Part shown: in pieces, positions 52,201-61,953 of the stretch | How positions within the stretch are numbered: the stretch's first letter is position 1 | Layout: each line of letters starts with the position of its first letter | DNA from: Rhodospirillaceae bacterium | GTDB taxonomy: Bacteria; Pseudomonadota; Alphaproteobacteria; MPNO01; UBA2964 | Reading direction: 5' to 3' | NCBI GenBank assembly: GCA_038146885.1 | Contig: JAYQSM010000015.1 | Coordinates: 288,660-352,659, forward strand | DNA length: 64,000 nt | Translations under genes and position numbers: made by a program | Notes under the pieces: generated by a model | What the model saw: the letters and a program-made list of their open reading frames with translations, nothing else | The model's database searches: none | What the model was told of the DNA's origin: nothing

Positions 52201-54177
52201 TTAGACAGCTCCTTGCGGTTGTTTACGATGGGCGAGCCAATCTTTGCCTGCAATAATAGACCCTACGACAAACCCGACCCCGTTTAGCAAGAGTCCATAA
52301 TCAATGGCCGATGCGGGCAACAGCATTAAAACACCTGACACAAATAGGAGAAATCTATTGAGGTTATTCTGAGGTCCAAACACGTAGCCGATAAGACCAC
52401 AAGAACCCAGCCATACGCCAATCAAGGCGGTTGTCGATGCTTCGATAATTTCAAATGCAGATCCCTGAGCCAACAAAGCCGGGGATAGTACAAAAATGAA
52501 CGGAATTATATAAGCGATCCATCCAAGGCGAACGGCAGTCACCCCGGTCTCCATTGGTTTTGCACCGGACAAAGAGGCCGCGGCAAATGCAGCTATCGCA
52601 ACCGGCGGAGTAATCATGGACATGAGACCAAAATAAAGAACAAACATGTGCGCGGCGATTGGGTGGATGCCCAATTTAACTAAGGAGGGAGCAATCATGG
52701 TCGCTAGAAGTAAATAAATCGCTGAGGTGGGCATACCCATACCCAGCAAAATAGAAACGACTGCTGTAAGAAGCAGCAAGAGGAACACGCTGTCCTCCCC
52801 AACCGCAGCCAAAAGTAAAGTCAGCGCTTGACCAAGACCCGTCCTATCCAGAATAGCAATAATAATGCCGGCCATAGCGCCAATGGCAACAATGTCCGCA
52901 GAGGCCCGGCCGCAACCAGCAATGGAGTCCCATAGCTGACCCGGTGTTATCCGATGCCCTTTATATCCGAAAATAATACTTACTACAGCAACGGATATTG
53001 CTGCCCAGAAAGCCGCTTCCTGAGGAGGCAGATTTAATGAGAACAAAGTCCAAACCAAAATGACATAGGGGAGCATAAAGAACCAACCCTCCCTCATTAC
53101 GTTCGCCATTCTGGGTATGCGATCCTTCGGTAAGGGGGCGATTTTGTTTTTTGCGGCCTCAAGGTCCACCTGAACAAATACTGCCAAATAGTACAGCGCT
53201 GCAGGAACCAGGGCCGCCAAAATAATTTCGGTGTATTCCAGCTCGAGAATTTCGGCCATCAGAAAAGCTGCGGCACCCATTATTGGGGGCATAATTTGCC
53301 CCCCGGTAGAGGCAACCGCTTCGATCGCGCCGGCACTCTTGGCGTTATAGCCAGCCTGCTTCATCAGCGGGATCGTTATGACACCTGTCGATGCCACGTT
53401 AGCTACGGCCGACCCTGAAATTGAACCGAAGAAACCTGAGGCTACGACTGCTATCTTCGCCGAGCCTCCCCGAGAACGACCCATCATAGCCGCAGCCAAG
53501 TCGGTAAACCATTCTGACGCCCCCGTATGGAGCAATAACTGTCCCATCCAAATAAACAAAATTACGGTTAAAACAATAATTTTGAGCGGCAGACCAAGTA
53601 TAGAGGCGTTATTTGTTCCAAGCTCAGCGATAAGCCTATACGGTTCTTGTTCGACACCTTTGAACATTTCGCCGGGCACCCAATGCCCGATAAATGCGTA
53701 AACAATAAAAGCCGAAAAAATTAACGTCAGACTCCAACCAGCCGTCCGACGAAGAGCTTCCCAAACTAGTAACAACAATACCAAGCTGATCCAAAACATT
53801 TGATCACGCATGGCAAACGGATTCAGCTCGATGTCTCCATAGACAAAAATAAGCCAACCCGCCACAGCAACCCCCAAAACAGCACAAACGGCATCATACC
53901 AAGGGATATTTGTCCTCTGCTTACCTCCACTCGCCGGATAACGAATAAACACAACAGCTAGAACAAAGCCCAGACACGCGACCATTGCCTGCTCATCAAG
54001 CCACTCAACCCCTAATTTCAATGGAAGCTCAATTGCCCATGCGACTGAAATTAACGTTATAAAAGCGCCAAGGATAAGCCCCGAAGACTGAACAAAAGGA
54101 CTTTCAGTCCATTCCGCAATTAGGGCTGCACCCTTTTTATTTTCGGGTTCGTCTGGGAATTCGTTAGGTTCAGCCAT
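52201..54177 (-). CDS. TRAP transporter fused permease (TAXI-associated 4TM/12TM fusion)
   Basis: 658-aa polytopic membrane protein immediately downstream of a TAXI binding protein on the same strand. Confidence 0.8.
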   Translation of the reverse strand: MAEPNEFPDEPENKKGAALIAEWTESPFVQSSGLILGAFITLISVAWAIELPLKLGVEWLDEQAMVACLGFVLAVVFIRYPASGGKQRTNIPWYDAVCAVLGVAVAGWLIFVYGDIELNPFAMRDQMFWISLVLLLLVWEALRRTAGWSLTLIFSAFIVYAFIGHWVPGEMFKGVEQEPYRLIAELGTNNASILGLPLKIIVLTVILFIWMGQLLLHTGASEWFTDLAAAMMGRSRGGSAKIAVVASGFFGSISGSAVANVASTGVITIPLMKQAGYNAKSAGAIEAVASTGGQIMPPIMGAAAFLMAEILELEYTEIILAALVPAALYYLAVFVQVDLEAAKNKIAPLPKDRIPRMANVMREGWFFMLPYVILVWTLFSLNLPPQEAAFWAAISVAVVSIIFGYKGHRITPGQLWDSIAGCGRASADIVAIGAMAGIIIAILDRTGLGQALTLLLAAVGEDSVFLLLLLTAVVSILLGMGMPTSAIYLLLATMIAPSLVKLGIHPIAAHMFVLYFGLMSMITPPVAIAAFAAASLSGAKPMETGVTAVRLGWIAYIIPFIFVLSPALLAQGSAFEIIEASTTALIGVWLGSCGLIGYVFGPQNNLNRFLLFVSGVLMLLPASAIDYGLLLNGVGFVVGSIIAGKDWLAHRKQPQGAV

Positions 54178-54235
54178 CAGTTGTGCTCCCGTAGCTTTGT
54201 CAGGCTTAACTCGTAGTGTTGTTTAATTTGTGAGA

Positions 54236-54274
54236 TCAAAAAAGCCCGCGCCCCAGTTTACGGCGCGCGGGCTA
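54236..54274 (-). terminator. rho-independent terminator or attenuator between the TAXI binding-protein gene and the permease gene
   Basis: GC-rich stem (GCCCGCGCC / GGCGCGCGGGC) followed on the minus strand by TTTTTTG. Confidence 0.55.
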
Positions 54275-54306
54275 TCTCCAATAATTGGAGCAGAAAGAGC
54301 TCGTAA

Positions 54307-55269
54307 TCAGCGTTTCCAGAGACCAACTTCTTTGTAGTATTTGATGGCTCCTGGATGATAGGCATACCCGTGATCCTTCTGAAGGCGGCCATTAGCCTGA
54401 TAAGACCGCCATAACGGTCCACCTGCCTTCAGTTGCTTCTCCTGAGTATGCATAACTTTAGCCACTTTGTAGGCAACCTCATCGGACAGGCCTTTGTGGG
54501 TCCAAAGCAAGAAATCGTAAGCAACAAAAGTTGTTGGTTTCAGCACACCGGTAAGACCTTTCGCAGGCTTCACAACCTGCCACTCGGATTTCGGATACCA
54601 TTTTTGCATCCTTTTAAGCGCTTCTGGGGTATTTTCAAATGATAGGTGCTTCACGCCACCATCAATTTTCGCCTGCATCTGTTTAACAAAAGCCGTTCCT
54701 GCCGCGGATATCGCCATATCCGTCTTTCCCGCGATAAACGCGCGCCAATGCTGGACTAATCCAACCTGGGGTACTTTTTTCACGTCATCATAGGTGACAT
54801 TGGCAGAGGCCAGAGCGCCACTCGTGATGTAATGAAAAAGAGGGGCCCCTTTGAACCCTGAAGCGATACGCTTGCCCTTGAGGTCAGCAATGGTATTGAT
54901 GCCAGATTTAATCGCGACCACCGGGCTGACAGTAAACTTCATCATCGTGGTCAGCAGGCGGAGATTGGTATATTTCGTCCCTTTGGAGAGCATTATACCC
55001 TCCTGAGCCATGTAATATTGGGTAATATTCGAGATGCCGAAACCCAGTTCGCCAGCATTTACAACCGGTATATATTGCTGGGTACCTCCCATGGTTTGTT
55101 TCCGCATCTGGATACCTGGAGCATGCTCAGAAACAGCTTTGGATATGGTCGCGGTGATTTGAGCAACGGCCCCCGCCTTGGTAGAGCCAATGCCAAAAGT
55201 CTGGGCAGAGGCAGAAGAAGCCAAGGCCACCGCGCTTACGGCAATTAAGCCAGAAGAAATAAATTTCAT
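54307..55269 (-). CDS. TRAP transporter substrate-binding protein, TAXI family
   Basis: Signal peptide (MKFISSGLIAVSAVALASSASA). The C-terminal YHPGAIKYYKEVGLW is the TAXI hallmark. A GGAG Shine-Dalgarno sequence precedes the ATG at 55269. Confidence 0.8.
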   Translation of the reverse strand: MKFISSGLIAVSAVALASSASAQTFGIGSTKAGAVAQITATISKAVSEHAPGIQMRKQTMGGTQQYIPVVNAGELGFGISNITQYYMAQEGIMLSKGTKYTNLRLLTTMMKFTVSPVVAIKSGINTIADLKGKRIASGFKGAPLFHYITSGALASANVTYDDVKKVPQVGLVQHWRAFIAGKTDMAISAAGTAFVKQMQAKIDGGVKHLSFENTPEALKRMQKWYPKSEWQVVKPAKGLTGVLKPTTFVAYDFLLWTHKGLSDEVAYKVAKVMHTQEKQLKAGGPLWRSYQANGRLQKDHGYAYHPGAIKYYKEVGLWKR

Positions 55270-55361
55270 TACAGATAACTCCCTGTCTGTCTTGTTTGAA
55301 ACAATTCTCATGTCCGGACTGTACACGGCTCACCGCGTGATTCAAGTAAGAATCTGAGATT

Positions 55362-56228
55362 TCAAATATTTTTGGTAGTTTGTCCGGCCAAAAACCTAAC
55401 CAAGAGAGCGCTATAGGCTTCCGGATCTTCCAAACAACTATAATGCCCGGATCCCGAGATTACCTCTAAGCGACAAATCTCAGATTTATGGACAATGCTC
55501 CGACAATAGTCTTGAGGTGCAATCGGGTCGAATTCCCCCGTGACAACCATCGTGGGGGTTTTAATTTTTCTCAAATCCATAAAGATGTCCCCATTCCGAA
55601 GAACGTTGATTGCCTTGCTCATGGCCTCAAACGTGACCTCTGACATAAGGGAAACAGCTGTAACGCGGGCAAAATCGGATGCATTCGAAGCCAGAATTGC
55701 CGGACCCTTTTCGTGAGCGAACCTGACCGGACCCAGTTCTTGAAATATTTTGAGCCGCGCCTCAGCTATTCTTGACCTTTCGCTTTCAGCCAGAGAGCCG
55801 AGCCCTACAAAGGGATGTGATAAAGTCAACGATTCGGCAAGTGAGAGTTTATCAGCGGCGATCCTTGCAGCAATCAATGCTGATAAAGACTGCCCGACCA
55901 GATGTACCTTTCGGATATCGAATGAATCTAGAAAGGCCAGTGCCAGATCAGCATAGCTCTGAACACTAGCCTGAGAATTTTTTAAGTTTTCAGAGCCACC
56001 ATAACCCGGCAAATCCAGGGCTATTACGCGATAGTGTTCTGATAATTCCCTCATCACGGGGCTCCAGACACCTGATGCACAACTTATTCCGTGCAGCAGG
56101 AACACCACCTCCCCATCACCGCACTCACGCCATGTCAAAATGGTTCCAGATATGTCTTTCTTTTTTAGATCAGGCACCCATTGCTCGTTCTTCAGGACGC
56201 AACTGATACATTTCCCAGACTCGATCAA
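55362..56228 (-). CDS. alpha/beta hydrolase
   Basis: HG oxyanion motif (VVFLLHG) and a GxSxG nucleophile elbow (LVGQSLSA). Confidence 0.75.
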   Translation of the reverse strand: MIESGKCISCVLKNEQWVPDLKKKDISGTILTWRECGDGEVVFLLHGISCASGVWSPVMRELSEHYRVIALDLPGYGGSENLKNSQASVQSYADLALAFLDSFDIRKVHLVGQSLSALIAARIAADKLSLAESLTLSHPFVGLGSLAESERSRIAEARLKIFQELGPVRFAHEKGPAILASNASDFARVTAVSLMSEVTFEAMSKAINVLRNGDIFMDLRKIKTPTMVVTGEFDPIAPQDYCRSIVHKSEICRLEVISGSGHYSCLEDPEAYSALLVRFLAGQTTKNI

Positions 56229-56991
56229 CTTCTTTCATGGCCAATCTGTCAAAATCCGTTTCCGGCCGAATATCTTCTAGCCAATGCCCGAACTTATCTT
56301 GACCCCGCAGAAGCAAAGCGCTTGCCCCTGGAAAACCCGTTTCTCGAACCTCAGGCCGAATATAGTGAATTGAAAGACCAATTCGCCTATCGTTTGTGGT
56401 GTTCGGGTGTGAAGCATGAAGGACATCCTCTTTGTGAAAAGAAAATTGTCCTGCTTCCAATGGAACGGGCACAGCCAGAGTCTCGTCCACTCCGGCTACT
56501 GTCTGCCCCCGCGACAGAATATTATCCGCAGCCATTGTCTCCGTATGGCTATATAACCCTTGATTGTGAGAACCTGGCAAGAATCGCATGCACCCAGACT
56601 CCAATGACGCCTCCGATATCGCTATCCAGGCCGTCAAAGTCTCACAGGGCTCTAACCCGTAATATGTCGAGTCCTGATGCCAGGAAACATACCCAGGATC
56701 GTTCGCTTCTTTCTGGAAGAAGCTTGAACCCCAACACAAAATATCTGGACCAATTATATCTTCAACTGCGTCGAGTAACCTTGGGTGGGATATAAGGTCA
56801 AATAAGAACTTAAATGGCAAATGGGCTTTAATTTTGCATCGTGATTGAATTTGCTCGCCGAGTTCGGCTTCGACACATTCAATTTTTTGTCTGATGTCAA
56901 ATGCCTCTTGTTCGGTTAAGAGACTAATAGGTCCCAAAAAACCATCGGTTTCATAGCGTTGGATTTGCGACTTGGTTAAAACTTTTGCCAT
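56170..56991 (-). CDS. phytanoyl-CoA dioxygenase (PhyH) family Fe(II)/2-oxoglutarate oxygenase
   Basis: HxD (WHQDSTYY) and a distal His (FHKEDVLHAS). The start is taken at the internal Met (MAKVLTKSQIQRYETDG). Confidence 0.75.
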   Translation of the reverse strand: MAKVLTKSQIQRYETDGFLGPISLLTEQEAFDIRQKIECVEAELGEQIQSRCKIKAHLPFKFLFDLISHPRLLDAVEDIIGPDILCWGSSFFQKEANDPGYVSWHQDSTYYGLEPCETLTAWIAISEASLESGCMRFLPGSHNQGLYSHTETMAADNILSRGQTVAGVDETLAVPVPLEAGQFSFHKEDVLHASHPNTTNDRRIGLSIHYIRPEVRETGFPGASALLLRGQDKFGHWLEDIRPETDFDRLAMKEVDRVWEMYQLRPEERAMGA

Positions 56992-57142
56992 CCGGCCAGT
57001 CACCTCTCTAAAAAGCTTTGTTCTATCACCGGACACCCCAAAAGAGTTTTTGCAAAACCGCCCATTAGTGGACAGATATGTTCGCATGGAATAGAACCTT
57101 AAGCATCTTTTTTTCCATAGCACATGATCTTGGGGGTTATTT

Positions 57143-58687
57143 TTGTCGGATAGCAATGACAGTCGGATACAGAGAAGACCGGTAGCCTATGGAGATTTGC
57201 GCGGCTGGATAAATGCACTTCGTGCAGAGGGAGAACTTGCCGAGTTTGACCAGGAGGTTGATTGGGACACAGAACTCGGAACTATCGTCCGGATGGCCCA
57301 AGGGACTGGCTCCGGACCAGCTTTCCTCTTTAAAAATATTAAGGACTATAACTCACCTGGGACTCTAAGTAGCCAGGTCTTCACCAATGGTCAGGGAAGT
57401 TACTCTCGGTTGGCGATGATGTTCGGCCTCGATCGCAATACCCCAATCCGGGACATGGTAAAAATTTGCCGGTATATTTTTAAGGATCGAATACCCCCCA
57501 GGATTGTTAGAACAGGCCCCGTTAAAGACAATATCATTACGGGTAGGGATATCGATTTATTCAAGTTTCCAATCCCAAAGTGGAACCGTGGCGATGGGGG
57601 CCGCTACATTAATACCTACTCCGGCTGCGTCACCAAAGATCCAGAAACCGGTATCCATAACGTCGGAATCTATAGGGGAATGGCGCTCGACCAAGCAAAC
57701 ATAGGTGTTTTGCTTTGGCGCGCTCAGGGGTGGGGTAATCATTACGCCAAACATACGGCAAGGTCTGACGAAATGCCCGTAGCCTTTGTAATCGGTTGGG
57801 AACCCTCCATGGGCTTTACGGCAGGCTCTCCCGTACCCCGAGATGTTTCGGAATATGAAGTTATGGGTGCCATTCGAGGTCAACCAGTCGAATTGGTTGA
57901 TTGTGAAACTGTGCCATTACAAGTGCCTGCAAGCGCAGAAATTGTGATTGAAGGATGGATTTCAACTGATCCTCAGACCTTTAGACCAGAGGGGCCCTAT
58001 GCAGAGTTCACGGGGTATTACGCTACCGAACAAACACCGAAGCACGTAGCACGCGTTACTGCAATTACGCATCGGGACAAACCGATTTTGCGTGGAGCCT
58101 TGGAGGGCGCTGTTCCGGGATCTTACGGAGAAAACCACATAATGAGCTCTATTCAGCGCTCGGCGACCGCATGGAATGCCCTTGAATCTGCGGGTGTGCC
58201 AGGTGTAACCGATGTATTTGGGATGCCAATTCAAGCCGGTATTAATGTAGCGGTTCAAATCAATCAGACCTACCGAGGGCAAGCCAAACAAGTCGCGGCA
58301 GCTCTCTGGGGAAATTCTGCATCACACGTACGTTACAAGCATGTATTCGTCGTAGACCAGGACATCGATGTCCATGATTACGGTGCCATCGATTGGGCCT
58401 TAGCCTGGCGGTTTAACGCCGGGGAGGATGATTTGATCGTATTCCCATCAACCTGGGGAGCCGGTTTAGATCCAAGTGTCCGGGCGAGAGATTCGAACGT
58501 CCACTTGTTCGGCACAGGCAAATGGCATCGGGTGCTGTTGGATTGCACAATAAATTTGGACTACGAGCCCGATGAGCAAGGGCGCCGGTGGCCTCCGACA
58601 GTCCATCCCTCACCAGAGGATCAGGCAAAAGCAAAAGCGCGCTGGGCGGAGCTCGGCCTTGAGAAATGGGGCTCAGGCCTTCTCTGA
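57143..58687 (+). CDS. UbiD-family (prFMN-dependent) decarboxylase, paralog A
   Basis: 514 aa. UbiD-like throughout (GIYRGM...LLWRAQGWG...). The catalytic-loop equivalent is EGPYAEFTGYY. Confidence 0.8.
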   Translation: MSDSNDSRIQRRPVAYGDLRGWINALRAEGELAEFDQEVDWDTELGTIVRMAQGTGSGPAFLFKNIKDYNSPGTLSSQVFTNGQGSYSRLAMMFGLDRNTPIRDMVKICRYIFKDRIPPRIVRTGPVKDNIITGRDIDLFKFPIPKWNRGDGGRYINTYSGCVTKDPETGIHNVGIYRGMALDQANIGVLLWRAQGWGNHYAKHTARSDEMPVAFVIGWEPSMGFTAGSPVPRDVSEYEVMGAIRGQPVELVDCETVPLQVPASAEIVIEGWISTDPQTFRPEGPYAEFTGYYATEQTPKHVARVTAITHRDKPILRGALEGAVPGSYGENHIMSSIQRSATAWNALESAGVPGVTDVFGMPIQAGINVAVQINQTYRGQAKQVAAALWGNSASHVRYKHVFVVDQDIDVHDYGAIDWALAWRFNAGEDDLIVFPSTWGAGLDPSVRARDSNVHLFGTGKWHRVLLDCTINLDYEPDEQGRRWPPTVHPSPEDQAKAKARWAELGLEKWGSGLL

Positions 58688-58710
58688 AGAAAAAGGGACA
58701 AAAACAGAGT

Positions 58711-60258
58711 ATGACGACTGACGACATCGATGCCTTTGGCGGAGTATCAAATCGCCTTCAACCGCGCGTTTTCGGGGACTTACGGGGATGGATTGATGCC
58801 ATCAGAGAAGAAGATGCCCTTCAAGACATCGACGTCGAGGTTGACTGGAATTGCGAACTCGGCACGATCGCGCGCAAGGCTTTCGGCACAGGTCAAGGTC
58901 CAGCCATTCTCTTTAAAAATATTTCTGGGTATAACGGAGAGGACTCAAGGTGCTCTCAACTTTTCACGGGCGGCATGTCTAACTATTCACGGTTAGCGAT
59001 GACCCTTGGCCTCCCAAAGGACTCGCCAGCGCGGGACCTTGTTCTTGCGACCAGATATTACTTATCCCAAAGAATTGAGCCCATTGAAGTTACCACCGGA
59101 CCAGTAAAGGAAAATATAATAGAAGCAGGCGACATCAACTTATTCGACTTTCCTGTCCCCAAATGGCACAGAGAGGATGGTGGTCGTTACATAAATACCT
59201 TCCAGGCAACTGTGACCATGGACCCAGATACCGGTGTCCATAATTTAGGTATCTACAGAGGCATGATTGGTCAAAAAGATACACTTCCAGTCCTTCTTTG
59301 GAGAGCTCAGAACTGGGGGGTCCATTTTCAAAAGTGGGCGGACCGCGGGCAAAAAATGCCAGTCGCTCACGTCTACGGTTGGGAACCATCATTGCCCTAT
59401 TGCGCATCCGCACCCGTGCCAACCGGCATATCCGAATACGATATTATGGGAGCCATTCGAGGTGCGCCTGTAGAGCTAGTGAAATGCGAGACCAATGATC
59501 TGATGGTGCCCGCGAGCGCAGAATTAGTGGTTGAGGGATATATCGACTCTGATCCCTCAACATTCGAAATGGAGGGCCCTTTCGGCGAGTATCCCGGATA
59601 TTTTGGTGGTGACGCCGGACCAAAGCACGTTACTAAAGTCACCTGCATCACGCACAGGAACAATCCTATTTTTAGAGGTACCCTAGAGGGAACTCTGCCA
59701 AAAATGCTGAATGAAAACAGCGTGATGAGTTCAATTCAAAGGGCTGGTGTTGCTTGGAACGTCCTAGAACGAGCTGGTGTCCCAGGTGTGACGGACGTCC
59801 ACTGCTCGCCCGCAAATAATGGTACCACGGTGTTTATTCAGTTGAAGCAGACTTACAGAGGCCAAGCAAAGCAGGCGGCAGCAGCGCTGTGGGGCTCAAA
59901 CTCCGCTCATCTCAGATATAAGAACGTCTGGGTGCTCGACGACGACATCGATATTCGTGACTATGGTGCAGTAGATTGGGCTTTTGCCTATCGCGTAAAT
60001 GCATCCGAAGATGACATTGTTTTCTTTCCCGCAAATTTTGGATCTCTTCTGGATCCATCCACCCGTCTCAAAGACCGTGACCCCATGTTGTATGGCACTG
60101 GCAAATGGTGTCGCGTGCTAATCGATGCCACCATTAATCTGGATTTTGAGCCCGAAGAACAGTATGGCGGTAACCGGTATCCCCCCACGGTCGCGCCGCA
60201 TAAAGCAGATATGGACAAAGTCAATGCTCGTTGGAAAGAATATGGATTTGAGGATTGA
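58711..60258 (+). CDS. UbiD-family (prFMN-dependent) decarboxylase, paralog B
   Basis: About 515 aa from the ATG at 58711. By eye it is roughly 50-55% identical to paralog A. The catalytic-loop equivalent is EGPFGEYPGYF. Confidence 0.8.
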   Translation: MTTDDIDAFGGVSNRLQPRVFGDLRGWIDAIREEDALQDIDVEVDWNCELGTIARKAFGTGQGPAILFKNISGYNGEDSRCSQLFTGGMSNYSRLAMTLGLPKDSPARDLVLATRYYLSQRIEPIEVTTGPVKENIIEAGDINLFDFPVPKWHREDGGRYINTFQATVTMDPDTGVHNLGIYRGMIGQKDTLPVLLWRAQNWGVHFQKWADRGQKMPVAHVYGWEPSLPYCASAPVPTGISEYDIMGAIRGAPVELVKCETNDLMVPASAELVVEGYIDSDPSTFEMEGPFGEYPGYFGGDAGPKHVTKVTCITHRNNPIFRGTLEGTLPKMLNENSVMSSIQRAGVAWNVLERAGVPGVTDVHCSPANNGTTVFIQLKQTYRGQAKQAAAALWGSNSAHLRYKNVWVLDDDIDIRDYGAVDWAFAYRVNASEDDIVFFPANFGSLLDPSTRLKDRDPMLYGTGKWCRVLIDATINLDFEPEEQYGGNRYPPTVAPHKADMDKVNARWKEYGFED

Positions 60259-60456
60259 ATTATGTTTTTTAGGAAAATGGCCTGAGGAGTCGATAACCTT
60301 AAAAAATCTATTCCGTGCCTTACCGTCAAAAATTTAAAACATTAAGATCTAGAAATTTTCTTTGATTGTTTTGCAAGCGCAATTTGGATTTCAGAGAAAG
60401 GTCCCAAATCACCTCTGCTTCTATGTAAGGCTGTATCCTGCCTTTAAGGCTATGTT

Positions 60457-60924
60457 CTATTGGGAGGAGCGCCTCCGCCCCGAGAAAAATCCGGTCAGCA
60501 TTTGACGCGATCTGATTTCATCAATCCCACCGTAAATGTCAGGCTTGTGATGGCAGGTTGGATGATCAAAAATCCTTGGTCCCCCCTCCACACCTCCACT
60601 TTTAGGATCTGATGCTCCAAAATAGAGCCTTCGGATTCTAGCAAGCGAAATTGCAGCAGCACACATGGGACATGGCTCAAGTGTTACATAGAGGTCACAG
60701 CCTAAAAGCCATTTCTGGCCATATTGCCGAAATGCCGATCTTAGAACCAAAATCTCAGCATGGGCTGTGGGGTCTTTTTTTTCCTCTATTCTATTGCCAT
60801 CCTGGGCGAGAATAGAACATGTCGCTGGATCCACTATCACGGCCCCGACAGGGACTTCATTCCTGCGAGCAGCCTCAGCTGCTTGTTCCAAGGCCAGTTC
60901 CATGAATCGTGTGTCCACCTTCAA
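60457..60924 (-). CDS. tadA: tRNA adenosine(34) deaminase
   Basis: CDA-fold zinc motifs HAEILVL and PCPMCAAA. Confidence 0.9.
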   Translation of the reverse strand: MKVDTRFMELALEQAAEAARRNEVPVGAVIVDPATCSILAQDGNRIEEKKDPTAHAEILVLRSAFRQYGQKWLLGCDLYVTLEPCPMCAAAISLARIRRLYFGASDPKSGGVEGGPRIFDHPTCHHKPDIYGGIDEIRSRQMLTGFFSGRRRSSQ

Positions 60925-60958
60925 GCCTTTTGGGTTTGATTGGACCTTAAACTAAACG

Positions 60959-61684
60959 TTACGGAAGCTCCGCAAGCAGTCTTCCATAACCTTCTCTTTT
61001 CTCCCTTACCCGGAGGCGTTTCTGAAACTCCCACACTCGAGAGGGCACGGGGTGAACAACTGGTAAGCCTAAGTCTTGTTCCAGGAGTTGTATGATGCTC
61101 AGCACTTTCCAACCTGTGCCAAGCATATAAATCCCCTGCGCTCTCTTATTCCGCAGAACTAAGTCTTTGATAAAAGCATAAACCTGATGGGGGTCCAAAT
61201 TTTGCGCCTGATTAAAATCAACATCCATTCCCTCAAAACCCAGAACATCAAAACCCGCGGCCCGAAAATATTCCGCAAAAGTATTATTAATTTCTCCTCT
61301 AAAGTAACTTGCACCAACTAAACGTTTAATTTTGAGGGCTCTAAGAGCTGCTATGTGGTTAGTACCAGAGGTAAAAATAGGCACCTTATGTTTCCGTTCC
61401 CAAGAACGGATCTTTTTTGCCTCACCATCCAACCCCATAACCATAAAAGGTGGCGCTCCTTCTGGGTGAATTACATCACAACCTTGCTCAGCAAGGATGG
61501 CCACTTTGGAGTCATAGTCCTTCATAATTTCTTTGAATTCTGTGCGTTCCCCACGACGGATGTCGTTAAAAAGGGGTATAACTCCGATTCCCTCTGGTAA
61601 AAGACGGATCATATCTTCCAGACCACCGGGTCGCATTGTCGGCTTAATGATCCCTACAATGCCTCGCCAACTCGAGAATGCCAT
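60959..61684 (-). CDS. Asp/Glu/hydantoin racemase superfamily protein (arylmalonate decarboxylase / maleate isomerase-like)
   Basis: 241 aa. The C-terminal half resembles AMDase (LGLPVVHPVPSRVWEF...EGYGRLL versus AMDase LGVPVVSSSPAGFWDA...PGYGRLF). The two canonical catalytic Cys positions are not evident. Confidence 0.55.
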   Translation of the reverse strand: MAFSSWRGIVGIIKPTMRPGGLEDMIRLLPEGIGVIPLFNDIRRGERTEFKEIMKDYDSKVAILAEQGCDVIHPEGAPPFMVMGLDGEAKKIRSWERKHKVPIFTSGTNHIAALRALKIKRLVGASYFRGEINNTFAEYFRAAGFDVLGFEGMDVDFNQAQNLDPHQVYAFIKDLVLRNKRAQGIYMLGTGWKVLSIIQLLEQDLGLPVVHPVPSRVWEFQKRLRVREKREGYGRLLAELP

Positions 61685-61900
61685 GCCGTACTCCTATGTC
61701 AAAATTTTTACGATTGTGGGATCACTTTCAAGATGTAACAAGCCTAATTCATTTTTCCTGATTTGAGTTTACTAGAAGATTTCAAATCACCGGATCCAGA
61801 GGTCCTAAATCGATACCAAGAGTCAACCAAGTTCTCGCCTGAGGTCAATGTTAATGTTTTAAATCTTGAAAGGAATAAAAATCCTGTAATTGATCGCGTT

Positions 61901-61953
61901 GAAAATTTTCGCCGTTTTCCCGAAAACATTTCAAACATCTCGGGATCCGAGAT
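61901..61953. promoter_or_regulatory. cluster of three inverted repeats in the divergent 370-bp intergenic region (candidate operator sites)
   Basis: GAAAATTTTC at 61901-61910, GTTTTC-CC-GAAAAC at 61914-61927, and ATCTCGG-GAT-CCGAGAT at 61937-61953. Confidence 0.35.
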
